Assembly: GCF_006345805.1 (NCBI RefSeq)
Contig: NC_043006.1
Coordinates: 46,562,001 to 46,626,000, forward strand
Direction: 5' to 3'
DNA length: 64,000 nt
Origin: Octopus sinensis
Taxonomy: Eukaryota
Each line of letters begins with the position of its first letter. Position 1 is the stretch's first letter. A program made the translations under genes and the position numbers. The notes beneath the pieces were generated by a model, which saw nothing but the letters and a program-made list of their open reading frames with translations, did no database searches and was not told the DNA's origin. Below are positions 39,985 through 52,602 of this stretch, one piece after another.

Positions 39985-40850
39985 CTTTCGCTCTCTTTTA
40001 CTTGTTTCAGTCATTTGACTGCGGCCATGCTGGAGCACCGCCTTTAGTCGAGCAAATCGACACCAGGACTTATTCTTTGCAAGCCTAGCACTTATTCTAT
40101 CGATAGCTTTTGCCGAACCGCTAGGTTACGGGGACGTAAACACACCAGCATCGGTTGTGAGGCGATGCTGGTTTAAAATTTTGGCATAAGGCTAGCAAGT
40201 GCGATGGAGTGGATAAGCCAAATTCAGCGGCCCCAGTGCTCATGTGGTTCTTATTTTATCGATCTCGAAAGGATGAAATACAAAGTGGACCATGGCAGAA
40301 TTGGTGATACTTTCCATACCTCGTTTTGTTTTTTCTGTTGGAAAAAAAATAATGTTTTAGAGAATCAGAAAATCGGCGGGCGTTTCTTGTCTTCTCCCAT
40401 CAATATCATCCTTGTTTCATCATTCACCTCATCAATGTTTGTGCCCAGCCCGCAAGCTACTGTTTGTAATGCCTTTATTGCAAATCTTAATGAAATAAAG
40501 TAGCTTGCTTGCCAATCACATGCTTCTATGTTTAGTCCCACTGCGTGGCACCTTGGGCAAGTATTTTCTACTATAGCCTCGGGCCAACCAAAGCCATGTG
40601 AGTAGATTTGGTAGAGGGTTACTGAAAGAATCCCGTCGTATATATGTATATGTATATATGTATGTGTGTGTGTTTGTTTGACAACCGATGCTGGTGTGTT
40701 TACGTCCCCGTAACCTAGCGGTTCGGCAAAAGATAACGATAGAATAAGTGCTAGGCTTGCAAAGAATAAGTCCTGGGGGCCGATTTGCTCGACTAAAGGC
40801 GGTACTCCAGCATGGCCGCAGTCTGAAACAAGTAAAAGAATAAAAGAGAG
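39985..40850. mobile_element. SINE cluster: family B 3' half (-), family A fragment, family B copy (+)
   Basis: B tail at 39985-40172 (-), A remnant at about 40175-40300, B at 40499-40850 (+). Confidence 0.8.
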
Positions 40851-41449
40851 GAAAACAAGCACATCTCAATACACATTTCGGATTATAAAGGCAGGACGAC
40901 ATCGGATACCTTTTCAGGAATGAAAGCTCAACTGCACACACACCATAAGTTGTCGAATACTCTTTCTTATAAAAGCTGTGTTCCGTGCGGGCGTGCATGT
41001 TGATGTGTGTGTATGTGTGCGTGTGTGTGTGTGTGTGTGTGAGTGTGTACTGAAAGATAGACTGCATTTATGTTACCACTATTGCACTAACACAATACCC
41101 TATTATATAAAACTACAATAACCTTAAGAATTTTGATAAAATTTTAACAAGGCAATTTTTATTTTCTACATTCTATATCCTTTTAAAGCCGACCTCATAT
41201 AATTAAAATTATGAAAAATGTGTGCTTACACTCCTGAACTACTTTGTGAATCGTTTCTTTTAATTGGAAATGTTCATTGTTATATCTACAATATTTGCAT
41301 TCTTTCGAACAATGGATGTTACCATAAGGACACAACTTTTCTTATCCATGGTAACTGATGGACATTAATCCAAACAAACGATTCACAACACAGATTTATG
41401 AAAATACGCCAGTCTATTCAATACAGATAAAAACCTAGTTATATATTAG

Positions 41450-42290
41450 TTTCAAATTTTTGGCCCAAGGCCAGCAATTTCAGGGATGTGGTACTTATTT
41501 TATCGACCACGAAATGATGAAAGGCAAAGGAGTGGCTGCGTAGGAGTGGCTGTGCGGTAAGTGGCTTACTTGCGGACCACATGGTTCCGGGTTCAGTCCC
41601 GCTGTGTGGCACCTTGGCCAAGCAAGTGTCTTCTGCTATAGCTTCGAGCCGACCAAAGCCTTGTGAGTGGATTTGTAGACGGAAACTGAAAGAAGCGAGT
41701 CTTATATATGTATATATACGTGTGTGTGTTTGTGTGTCTGTGTTTGCTACCCCCCAGCAACATCGCTTGACAACCGATGCTGGTGTATTTACGTCCACGT
41801 AACTTAGCGGTTCAGCAAAAGAGACCGATAGAATAAGTACTAGGTTTACAAAGAATAAGCCCTGGGGTCAGTTTGCTCGAGTAAATACGGTGCTCCAGCA
41901 TGGCCACACTCATATGACTGAAACAAGTAAAAGAGTAAAGGTGTAAAGTCGACCTTGACGAAAACTGATCTCAGATGGTAGAGACAGACGAAATGCCTAA
42001 TTGTTTTGATAAGCAGAAGGAGCCAAGTTGATTACATCGACCCCAGTACTCTGCTGTTACTTATTTTATCGTTCACGATTTGATGTCAAAGTTGACCTCT
42101 GCTAAATTTGAATTCAGAATATAACCCTTTGTACAATAGGCATAAGGCCTGACATTTTTAGGGAGAAGCCAGTCGATTACATCGACCCCAGTGCGTACCT
42201 AGTACTTAGTCGACCACGGTGGAATTTGAACTCATAATTTAATGCGGTTAAGGATTTTACCCGGCATACTAAAAATTCTACCAATTCGGA
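41450..42290. mobile_element. SINE family B (+, 41528-41940) nested within family A remnants (-)
   Basis: The family A body is interrupted at GATGAAAGGCAAAG (about 41527) and resumes at AAAGTCGACC (about 41945). Confidence 0.8.
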
Positions 42291-42582
42291 GCCTAACCGA
42301 GTTATATACGAGTTTGTATCAACTGCACAGATATGTTATATATCCAGGTCTATTCCCCTTTTTTAGGAGGGTACAGCCACAACGATGATTTGCCCTCGCA
42401 AATTCTAATCGGACATACTGTTGTAAATGCCCATCCCCAATTTCGTTAACAGCTTTTACAACCGTATCTGGTGGATTTTTACTTACTTTGGTAGAGAATA
42501 CACTCTCGTCAAGAGAGTACTTCAAAACCAAAGTTTCTCGGAAAATTTCAGTAGAGACACATTTCACCGGCATATAGTTCTG

Positions 42583-42657
<75 letters not shown>

Positions 42658-43072
42658 ACAATAACTACTACAATAATCGTTGCGGTTGTGCCTGCTATTT
42701 ACCATAGTCCTAGTAGGGGGACAGTGGTCAGTTACTTGAACCAGTAATGTAGTTTGGCTGCCAGGCATTATGGAATCTGTTGGAATGTCGCTAGCTGCGA
42801 AACCACATCACTCAAATGTTAGTTTTAGTTTATAGAGTTAGGGGAAAGGTTAATTTGCGATTTTTAAAAATAAAGTTACAGTTACTAACCTTCTTTCTAT
42901 GTTCTACAAATGTTGTTTCGCAGTAAAATGATTTAATTCTGGATGCAGATCGTCCCAATATTATTTCCATCGATTCATATAGTCATCAGCGGGGTCTCGG
43001 AAAAGGAGAAATAAGTAATATTAAATCTCTCAGCAAGAAGTAAACAATAGCAGTACGGAATCGTAAAATATA

Positions 43073-43311
43073 TATTTCTTTACTACCCACAAGAGGCTAA
43101 ACACAGAGGGGACAAACAAGGACAGACAAACGGATTAAGTCGATTACATCGACTCCAGTGCGTAACTGGTACTTAATTTATCGACCCCGAAAGGATGAAA
43201 GGCAAAGTCGACCTCGGCGGAATTTGAACTCAGAACGTAACGGCAGACGAAATACGGCTACGCATTTCGCCCGGCGTGCTAACGTTTCTGCCAGCTCGCC
43301 GCCCCTTGTAA
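43073..43311 (-). mobile_element. Full-length SINE family A with 14-bp TSD
   Basis: AATCGTAAAATATA at 43059-43072 and 43312-43325. Confidence 0.93.
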
Positions 43312-43880
43312 AATCGTAAAATATAATTGCCCACTAAATGGTACAACTTACTTCTCGCTCAGAGATTTCACATTGCTTACTTTTTCTTTTGCTTTTTTTA
43401 AGATCAGCGACACTGTGTCACTGGAAAAAAAAACATACAATATTTTGCGTGTAGAACGAGTTTTCATCACTAGCTCGTGATTATCACACACTGATAATGG
43501 GTTACTACTCAGAAACCCGGGTCTGTGTGTATCACGATGGGGACGATGCATTTCCCTCACAAATTCTAATCGGACACAGGAGATGCCCTCCTCGGACTTA
43601 AAAGAGCAGTAGCATCGTCCAAATGGGACCGCCACATTTGGTTGGCTTATATATTTTACGATATATATATATATATAAGTTTAGAGCACAGAGGGGCGTA
43701 ATCACGGAGGTGTGAGTTCGAGTCCCATAACCGGCAGCCAACACTTTTTTAATATAATATATAAAGATAGCAGTAATTATTAAAATATATAACATACAGG
43801 AATATATATATATATACATATATATACTTACCCCCACTTCTATATATATATATATATTTACATATATATATATATATACA

Positions 43881-44497
43881 TAATAGTTATCGCCATACTA
43901 ATATGGCATTCTTATAAAAATAAGAAAAAAGCTGTCCGCTTATTAGCTCCATGAGGCCATCGCCTTAAGTTAGCTATTTGATACACAAACTGTATCCATA
44001 TATATCATGGAGCTAATAAGCGGACAGCTTTTTTCTTATTTTTATAAGAATGCCATATTAGTATGGCGATAACTATTATTTTCGGGAACGCTGCCGCTGT
44101 TCTCTTTTAGAGAGACTTAGTTATTTTAATATTTCTATATTGAAAACAAGTGGATGTATTCCACCGAACTAGGTAAATAAAACCATCGAACAGAGATTGT
44201 CGGAAGCGACACTACTGGCTGGCTACGCTGCATTGAAAAGGGGCAATACTCCGAAACGCGTCTGTAGCTGCCGGTCAAGTAGTGTGGAGCGACTGACCTC
44301 CCTTGTTCGAAGGTTATATGGATACAGTTTGTGTATCAAATAGCTAACTTAAGGCGATGGCCTCATGGAGCTAATAAGTGGACAGATTTTTTCTTATTTT
44401 TATAAGAATGCCATATTAGTATGGCGATAACTATTATTTTCCGGGAACGCTGCCGCTGTTCTCTTTTAGAGAGACTTAGTTATTTTAATATTTCTAT
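43881..44497 (+). mobile_element. Penelope-like pLTR remnant: inverted copy plus tandem partial pLTRs
   Basis: 43881-44000 is the inverse of 44317-44436, and 44006-44138 repeats at 44364-44497. A hammerhead lies between them, with (TA)n flanks. Confidence 0.8.
44227..44268 (+). ncRNA. Minimal type-I hammerhead with U3-A8 core variant
   Basis: GCUGCA-UUGAAAA-GGGG(CAAUA)CUCC-GAA-ACGCGU-C-UGUAGC. All three stems pair and the cleavage triplet is GUC. Confidence 0.8.
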
Positions 44498-45676
44498 TAT
44501 ATATATATACACACACATATATATATGCATGTATGTATATCTATTTATCTATCTATCTATCGGTCTGTCTGTCTATCTATCTCCCTATATACATATATAT
44601 ATATATGCATCTGTATGTGTTTGCGCTTGTCTGTGTGTTTGCCTGCGTCTGTGTTTGTTTGTGTTCACGAGTGTGTGTGTGTGTCATGTGTGTGTTGTGC
44701 ATGAATTTGAAAGTTCTTCAAAACAATGGTTTACTGTAAGCCTTATTTACTGAGTATAAATCAATAAAATAAATAGCATATTTAAGTAAGTAGCAGATTC
44801 GTTGTTACATAGTAAAACTCTTTGAATCAGTGAACCACAATGACCGCACACCCATAACTGAAAGAATTAAAGGATAAAAGAATATTCGCACTAAAGCTAA
44901 TAAATGCAACCATATTTCCTTATACAAAACCATCTGAGAATGTTATGACTCCTCAATAGTCCAGCAAATGATAAGATATCCTTCCCACCTCCTTAGTTTT
45001 TATGGAAATTATTCCAATGATTTCAAACTTCGTCTTTAATTGTTCGCTATAATATTTCAAACGGTTATTTAAAATAACTATAAGTAACATATAGTACACT
45101 TTGCTTTTAGAATGGAACGCCATCTGTATTATATAACTAACCAGTTCAACAGATTAACCAAGAATTAAATTCTCAGTTCGTATACAGAAGCTTTTAAGTA
45201 ACTATTATTGTATAATATTACTCTAGACATCACATATTTAAGCAATATAATTTTAACTACGACTCTATAAATAATGTTATGATCAGAATCTCCTGTAAAA
45301 TATTTTATGCTAACTCTCCTTAATATTTTATTCCTCAAGCACATTTCAGCTGACCAATGAACCACAATGTGATTTAGCAGACTCCACAGAAGTAATAGAC
45401 TTAGTCAACTTACTTACCAAATCTCCCATAAACACAAACCTACTTAAATATAGCAAGAAGTTTAGATATTGTATCCCTTTATACACGTAAAAACATGGGG
45501 AAATCGGTAGTGGAAAATATTTGATCATTCGTAGTTCGGCTAGGACGCGATTCGGGACGAAATAACACCAGAGGAAGGAGCCTAACAGTAACAGCAATAA
45601 CTACAACAAGACTACGCAAACAATGTCTGAAAATGAACAGTAACAGAAATAAAATGTATGGAATGTTTTTCATAGG

Positions 45677-45838
45677 TGCTGGAGTGGCTGTGTGGTAAGT
45701 AGCTGCTTACGAACCACATGGTTCCAGGTTCAGTCCCACTGCATGGCATCTTGGGCAAGTGTCTTCTACTATAGCTTCGGGCCGACCAAAGCCTTGTGAG
45801 TAGATTTGGTAGATGGAATCTGAAAGAAGCACGTCGTA

Positions 45839-45860
<22 letters not shown>
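45677..45860 (+). mobile_element. SINE family B 5' half, interrupted at its (TA)n
   Basis: Head and body up to GAAAGAAGCACGTCGTATAT, then (TA)n and PLE sequence. Confidence 0.85.
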
Positions 45861-45878
<18 letters not shown>

Positions 45879-45887
<9 letters not shown>

Positions 45888-46075
45888 GGAGCTTCTACAG
45901 GACTAGAACTGTTTCATTCAAGAGAAATCTTCAGGAAGCTTCCTGAAGATTTCTCTTGAATGAAACAGTTCTAGTCCTGTAGAAGCTCCTTCTATATAAT
46001 AATTAATTTTACTCTGCTATGTATTGAGTACCTTATTTACTGTGGTTAACCCCGAATCAACCCGGGACCTACATA
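45879..46075 (+). mobile_element. Penelope-like pLTR end with a 120-bp perfect palindrome
   Basis: Spacerless palindrome 45879-45998 centred on AAG|CTT. The sequence from 45934 to 46075 matches 53061-53195. Confidence 0.8.
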
Positions 46076-46095
46076 TATATATATATATATATATA

Positions 46096-46320
46096 TTACG
46101 GAGATGTACTCGCATAGCAAGTAATTTGATCTGAGATCGTGTGCTGAAACGAAAACAATTGCAGCGTGGAAGGTGTTTATAAGCCATTTAAGAAACACAC
46201 AAAAGCCGTTCGATTCACTTCAACATTTAAGTTTAATTTGTCAAAATATTTTCGTCGCTAAAATCCGCGACCTGTTCACTGACAAAGTCCGTGCTGCATC
46301 TAGAAGTAACAGTTAGTTCG
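46096..46320 (-). mobile_element. Probable Penelope-like pLTR fragment (third type)
   Basis: Microsatellite-flanked segment with a hammerhead-shaped fold about 140 nt before its (TA)n-abutting end. The assignment is inferred from this architecture. Confidence 0.55.
46237..46286 (-). ncRNA. Putative minimal type-I hammerhead with G3-C8 core swap
   Basis: UUUGUCA-GUGAACA-G-GUCGC(GGAUUUUA)GCGAC-GAA-AAUAUU-U-UGACAAA. Perfect 7-bp stem I, 5-bp stem II and palindromic stem III. Confidence 0.65.
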
Positions 46321-47149
46321 TCATATATATGTACGTATGTATGTGTGTATGTATGCATACATGTGTGTATGTATGTACGTATGCATGTACGCACATACGC
46401 CTGTGTATGCATGTATGTATGTATGTATGTATGTATGTATGTATGTATGTATGTATATATGTATGTGTGTGTATATGCGCGCACATACACTCTATAAAAC
46501 ATAAAGCTATAAACCTGTAGCGATGGATGGATGTAGAGTGACCACTCATCACAAAGCTATCAAATCTCAACTTCCTACGGCCGAAGCTAGAAAGTGATTT
46601 ATGACGCTTACTCCAAAACTATACCCTAAAATCTATTATCAGATTTTTATCTCTATATCACAGAACTATAGTTTTACTATTGTGCGATGTATGTTATGTA
46701 TGTATGTATGTATGTATGTATGTATGTATGTATGTATGTAGTATGTATGTATGTATGTATGTGTGTATGTATGTGTGTATGTACATACGTACGCATGTGC
46801 GTATGTATGTATACGCGCTCGTGTGCATGTGCCCATGTATGTGTGTGCGTACATGTACGTGCGTATGTACGTGTATATGCCCATACGTAGGTATGCATGT
46901 ATGTTTGTATTCATGTGCTACGTATGTATGTGAGTGTCTAGGAGAATGGGCAGATGTGTCTGTGAGAGTGTGTACATGTGTATGTGTATGTGAACGTATG
47001 TCCGTGTACTGGCATGTCCGTCCAAGTTGTGTACATGACTGTTACTTTGCTGAAGGTTGTATACATATTTACATATATGTTTGTATAGACGCACACACAC
47101 ATATATATATGTGTGTGGGTGTGTGTTTGTTCCTCTCATCATCGTCTAA

Positions 47150-47862
47150 CCGTGAATGGATACAACGCCTAGGTGCAACTGTTCGTATCAAACAACGTCT
47201 GTTGATACCGTTGTATATAACTGCACATACGCGTTGCAACCCGTATGTAAGGACTACAGGTAAAAGGGAGAGAGAGAGGGGGGTGGTTATAGAATAGTCC
47301 TTCTGAATGGGATCTGGATGTTATTCCATTCGGACTTTCGGTTGAGAGTAGGTTTGTATTCTTGTATACAAACAGCTTCTGTGACCTGTCTCAACATTGC
47401 ATCGGTGGGGTGTGTTGATAGGATGTTCAACTTAAGCTCCCCTAAGGATCCCTTGTGGCAGTCTACAGCATGTTGGTAGAAGATGGAGTTTGGCTTCCTT
47501 TCAATGTAGTTGTCCAGGTGTTCTTTAAACCTATCATTGATGCTTCTAGAGTCTCACCTATGTATGACTCTGGTTAGTCGCGCAAGCTCCCTCCTGGCAC
47601 TTAATCTGGTATACAGTGCCCTTGGTCTTACAATTTACATGTGGATTTGTCGAACATACTGCACAATTACTTTGACAGGTGATTCTATCAATGGATATGA
47701 TCTGCATAATGCCGATTTGATAGTCCTACCTGTCTTTTCTACAACTTTAACTTTTAGGCCCGTAGTGCGCAGGACTTTCTTGAATGCCTTACTTAGCTCG
47801 TTCTTAGGTGTGGCGTCAACGAACATCACTCCGTGAAATCTCCTGTTATCGTACCAAGTAAC
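47150..47862 (-). mobile_element. Penelope-like element 3' fragment (linker plus GIY-YIG endonuclease), Naiad-like (tentative)
   Basis: With frameshifts: MFVDATPKNEL, CQSNCAVC, KGTVYQIKC, YIGET, DRFKEH, QHAVDCH, LRQVTEAVCI and LNRKSEW. Stop codon at 47287-47289. Confidence 0.85.
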
Positions 47863-47899
47863 GTTTCTCATCTTTTTATATATATTTATATATGCACGT

Positions 47900-48774
47900 A
47901 TGTGTGTGTATACGTTTGTGTGTCTGTGTTTGTCCCCCAACATCGCTTGACGACCAATGCTGGTGTGTTTACGTCCCCGTAACGTAGCGGTTCGGCAAAA
48001 GGGACCGATAGAATATGTACTAAGCTTACAAAGATTAAGTCTTGGGGGCGATTTGCTCAACTAAAGGTGGTGTTCCAGATTGGCCACAGTCAAATGACTG
48101 AAAAAAGATGTTTTTCATATGCGCTGGCGTGACTGTGTGGTAAGCAGCTTGCTTAAAAACCACATGGTACCAGGTTCAGTCTGACTGCATGCTACCTTGG
48201 GAAGTGTCGTGCACTTTAACCTCGGGCCGACCAAAGCCATGTGAGTAGAAACTGAGTGGAAACTGAAAGAAACCGGCCATGTATATATATATTTGTGTGC
48301 GTGTGTGTGTGTGCATGTGTGTGCGTGTGTGTATGTTTGTGTGCTTGTGTTAGTCCCTCCCCTATCAACATTTTGACAAATGATGCTGGTGTGTATACAT
48401 CCCCGTAAATCAGCGATAGAATAAGTACTACGCTTACAAAGAATAAGTCCCGGGGGTCGATTTGTTCGACTAAAGGCGGTGCTCCAGCATGGACGCAGTC
48501 AAATGACTGAAACATGTAAAAGAATAAAAGAATATATTTGAATTGTGTTCTTGAAATCACTCATCAATATACAAACTCATTAGTGTGTGTGTGTGTGTGG
48601 AGGCGTAATGGCCCAGTGGTTAGGGTAGTAGACTCGCAGTCGTGGGATTGCTGTTTCGATTCCCAGACCAGGCATTGTGAGTGTTTATTGAGCAAAAACA
48701 CCTAAAGTTCCACAAGGCTCCGGCAGGGGGTGGTGGCGAACCCTGCTGTACTCTTTCACTACAACTTTCTCTCA
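47900..48774 (+). mobile_element. SINE cluster: family B 3' half (47900-48108), family B (48120-48532), family C 5' half (48599-48774)
   Basis: Direct match to the other copies in the window. Confidence 0.88.
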
Positions 48775-49061
48775 TGTGAGATTTTTTTTATTGATACTTT
48801 GTTGTGTCCAAACCTACTTTCATTGCTATCAGCTTTATTGACTTCATTAACATATTTGACAACAAACATATCATTATTGTGGAACATAATGTGATTGTAC
48901 AACAAACCTCTCAAAATTTCAAATCATTAATAAAGATTTACACCATTTTAAATTGCTGCATCAGGATGGAAAATGAGTATAGCAGTTGATTCTTGTTCCT
49001 GTTTGTACTTTGCTAAGGAAGTACCCCACTGCCACCCTTATGAATTCTGAGAAAGCCTAAA

Positions 49062-49375
49062 ATTCTACACGCCCGATATTCATATAAATTTAAAAAAGTG
49101 TAAAAATGCCCCTTACATATGAAAGGGGAGTTGAAACGTAACGACTTGTTGTGCTACTTTAGTATTATATTCTACACGCCCGATATTCATATAAATTTAA
49201 AAAGTGTAAAAATGCCCCTTACATATGAAAGGGGAGTTGAAACGTAACGACTTGTTGTGCTACTTTAGTATTATATTCTACACGCCCGATATTCATATAA
49301 ATTTAAAAAAGTGTAAAAATGCCCCTTACATATGAAAGGGGAGTTGAAACGTAACGACTTGTTGTGCTACTTTAG
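49062..49375. repeat. Tandem repeat, three near-identical 106-107 bp units
   Basis: ATTCTACACGCCCGATATTC starts at 49062, 49169 and 49275. Confidence 0.95.
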
Positions 49376-50122
49376 GATTAATTCTTATGTAGCATTCCTA
49401 TAGAACCAGGAAATATGTAAATGTACTCAATTTTTACATTATTTCGAGTTCAAAACGAAAAATCGCCTATTTTTCTTCACAATGATGACGGAAAGTAGGT
49501 TTTGACATTTTTTTTTTCCTTTCCTCCTCCTTGGTCCAGACGGAAGATATGTGAACAGAACCCTCCCCCCCTCCCCCCATAATTTTTTTGTTTACGGAAT
49601 CCCACGTTTTAGACTGAGATCCCGGTTCTGAAAAAAAATTTTCAAAACATTTCAAATTTTTCAAAAAAAGGCCTCCTTCTACTGTATCCGGTTATATTAA
49701 AATGCATAAACATTCACTCAGAATGATTAGATTACAATTTTTACGAGATTTAATTAAATGCATTTAATCGCTAACGAAACTTCTAAGAAATCATATAAAT
49801 ATCAGTATATCAATCATGTTAATCATAATTAGCCAGCCTTTAAGTAATCGTATACACTAATCCCTCGCCATATCACGGTTCACATATCGCCCACGAACTA
49901 CATCATAATTCACCTCAGGCGCACTCAGTACATCGCGGATTTTTCTGGTTAATATCTGTAAATTTATATCGCATACTCCTCAGTATATCCGGGTTTCTGC
50001 GGCCAATAGGTTTTTGTAGCAGTTTATATTTAAATTATTTCTGTGGGAGGTTTTGGAACATAACACCCGCAATAGTTGGGGCATTACTGTGCAGTTAAAT
50101 TACTCCTTTCCTATATATAGTC

Positions 50123-50290
50123 GCAGGAGTGTTTATGTGGTAAGTAGCTTGCTTACCAGCCACATGGTTCTGGGTTCAGTCCTACTGCGTGGCACCTTGG
50201 GCAAGTATCTTCTACTATAGCCTCGTGCCGACCAAAGCTTTGTGCGTGAATTTGGTAGACGGAAACTGAAAGAAGCTCGTCGTATATATG
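50123..50290 (+). mobile_element. SINE family B 5' half, interrupted at its (TA)n
   Basis: Head GCAGGAGTGTTTATGTGGTAAGTAGC to GAAAGAAGCTCGTCGTATAT. Confidence 0.85.
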
Positions 50291-50324
<34 letters not shown>

Positions 50325-50325
<1 letters not shown>

Positions 50326-51067
50326 TATTATATAGAAGGAGCTTCTACAGGACTAGAACTGTTTCATTCAAGAGAAATCTTCAGGAAGCTAGTTAACAAG
50401 AATTGTATTGGCATTTATACATTTAGGCAGGTTTAAAGGGGTGTTGGTGGGGGACTTTTGGGGGTAGGCATACAAATCATACTTGGGGGAGTGGTCAAGG
50501 AGTCAGTGTTTAATTAGATAGGAGAATATATAAAAAAATAAAAAAAAAAAAATAAAAAATAAAAATAAAAAACAAAAAAAATAATAATAAAAAAAAAAAA
50601 AAAAAATAAAATAAAATAAAATAAAAAAATAAAATATATAATATATATATTATATATATTATATATATATATATAAAGGGGGGAATAGAGTTTTAGGTAA
50701 ATAAGGAGATTCTCACTTATACCTCTGCACACATATGTATACATATATACACACGCATACAAACATATACATACACACATACATACACACACATATATAT
50801 ATATATATACACATATATATACACTCACACATACATATACATATCTACACATACACATATATATGTATACATACACACACTCACTTGCATACACGTATAC
50901 ACACATGTATATATACACACACGACCACACATACATATACACACAGAAAAATATATATACACATACACACACATACTCACATACACGCATACACACACAA
51001 ATCCATACACACACATGCACACACAGCACACTAGTCCCTATATACACATATATACACATACACACAC

Positions 51068-51112
<45 letters not shown>

Positions 51113-51861
51113 TATATATATATACACACACACATACACATACATACACATATATATACATACATATAATATACACTACAATATATATACACATACATAT
51201 ATTCTATATATACATATATATACATATGTGTACCTATGCATACCTACCACATACACACATATATATATACATATACAAATATAGACCCATCCCCTATTTT
51301 TAATTTTATTATCTTCGTTTATTACTTTTGTTATCTTTGGCCGCTTGGTCACAAACATCTTGGCTATGACAGCCAGACCATTTATCCGTTACTGGAAAAC
51401 AAGCACTCATTCACTCACGCACACTCTTTAGCACGTACATCACTCATTCGTACACTCATACGCATACACGCACGCACGCGTTATATTCATACATACATAC
51501 ATCTACATACATTCACGTATATACACATACGTACGCGTACCTACAGATTCATGTCTACACTCTTAGAAGGCTAGTCTATACATATACACCAATAATATAA
51601 CTACACACACATATACATGTACACCTACATACAAATAAATACATGTATATAATACTTACATATATATATACATTATATATATATATATACATATATATAT
51701 TCATACTTACATGCATACTCAAAAAATAAGTAAATAGTAAAATATATATACGCGCAGTAGTTATTTCATATATGCATACTCAAAAAATAAATATTAAGTA
51801 TATGTACGTGCAGTTACCTATTATATAGACGGATACATACATATAATAAACTTACACACAT

Positions 51862-51947
<86 letters not shown>

Positions 51948-52521
51948 TACACATACATATATATAAATATATACATACACACATACATATACACATACAC
52001 ATACATACATACAATATATATATATAATTATATAACACACACACACCACATACACATACATATACATACACATACATACAATATATATACATACTACACA
52101 TGTACATATAAATACACACATAGATACTCTACGTACCTACACATACATAATACATACACACACATACATAAACACACGAGCGTACGCGCATATGTACATA
52201 TACATATACCCATGCACACGCATATATATACATACATACATACACATACACACATGTATACACACACACTCAATACACATATACATACATATACATATAC
52301 ACATATATACACATATATATATAACATATGTATACAAATATATATACATATATATATATATATACATATATACTATACATACACACACACTTACATTTAC
52401 ATATATACACACACTTACACAATATATATATACATACACACATACATATGCAACACAAAATATACATATTACATACATACATCTATACATATATACACAC
52501 AACACACACACACACACACGC

Positions 52522-52602
<81 letters not shown>

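Noticed and set aside
42319-42768. 149-aa minus-strand ORF
   Set aside because: Its length depends on a (TAC)/(TGC) repeat, and I recognise no domain.
47173-47226. Three-way junction in the PLE 3' region as a possible SECIS or ribozyme
   Set aside because: It lacks the AUGA/GA SECIS core and the hammerhead core; only generic hairpins are present.
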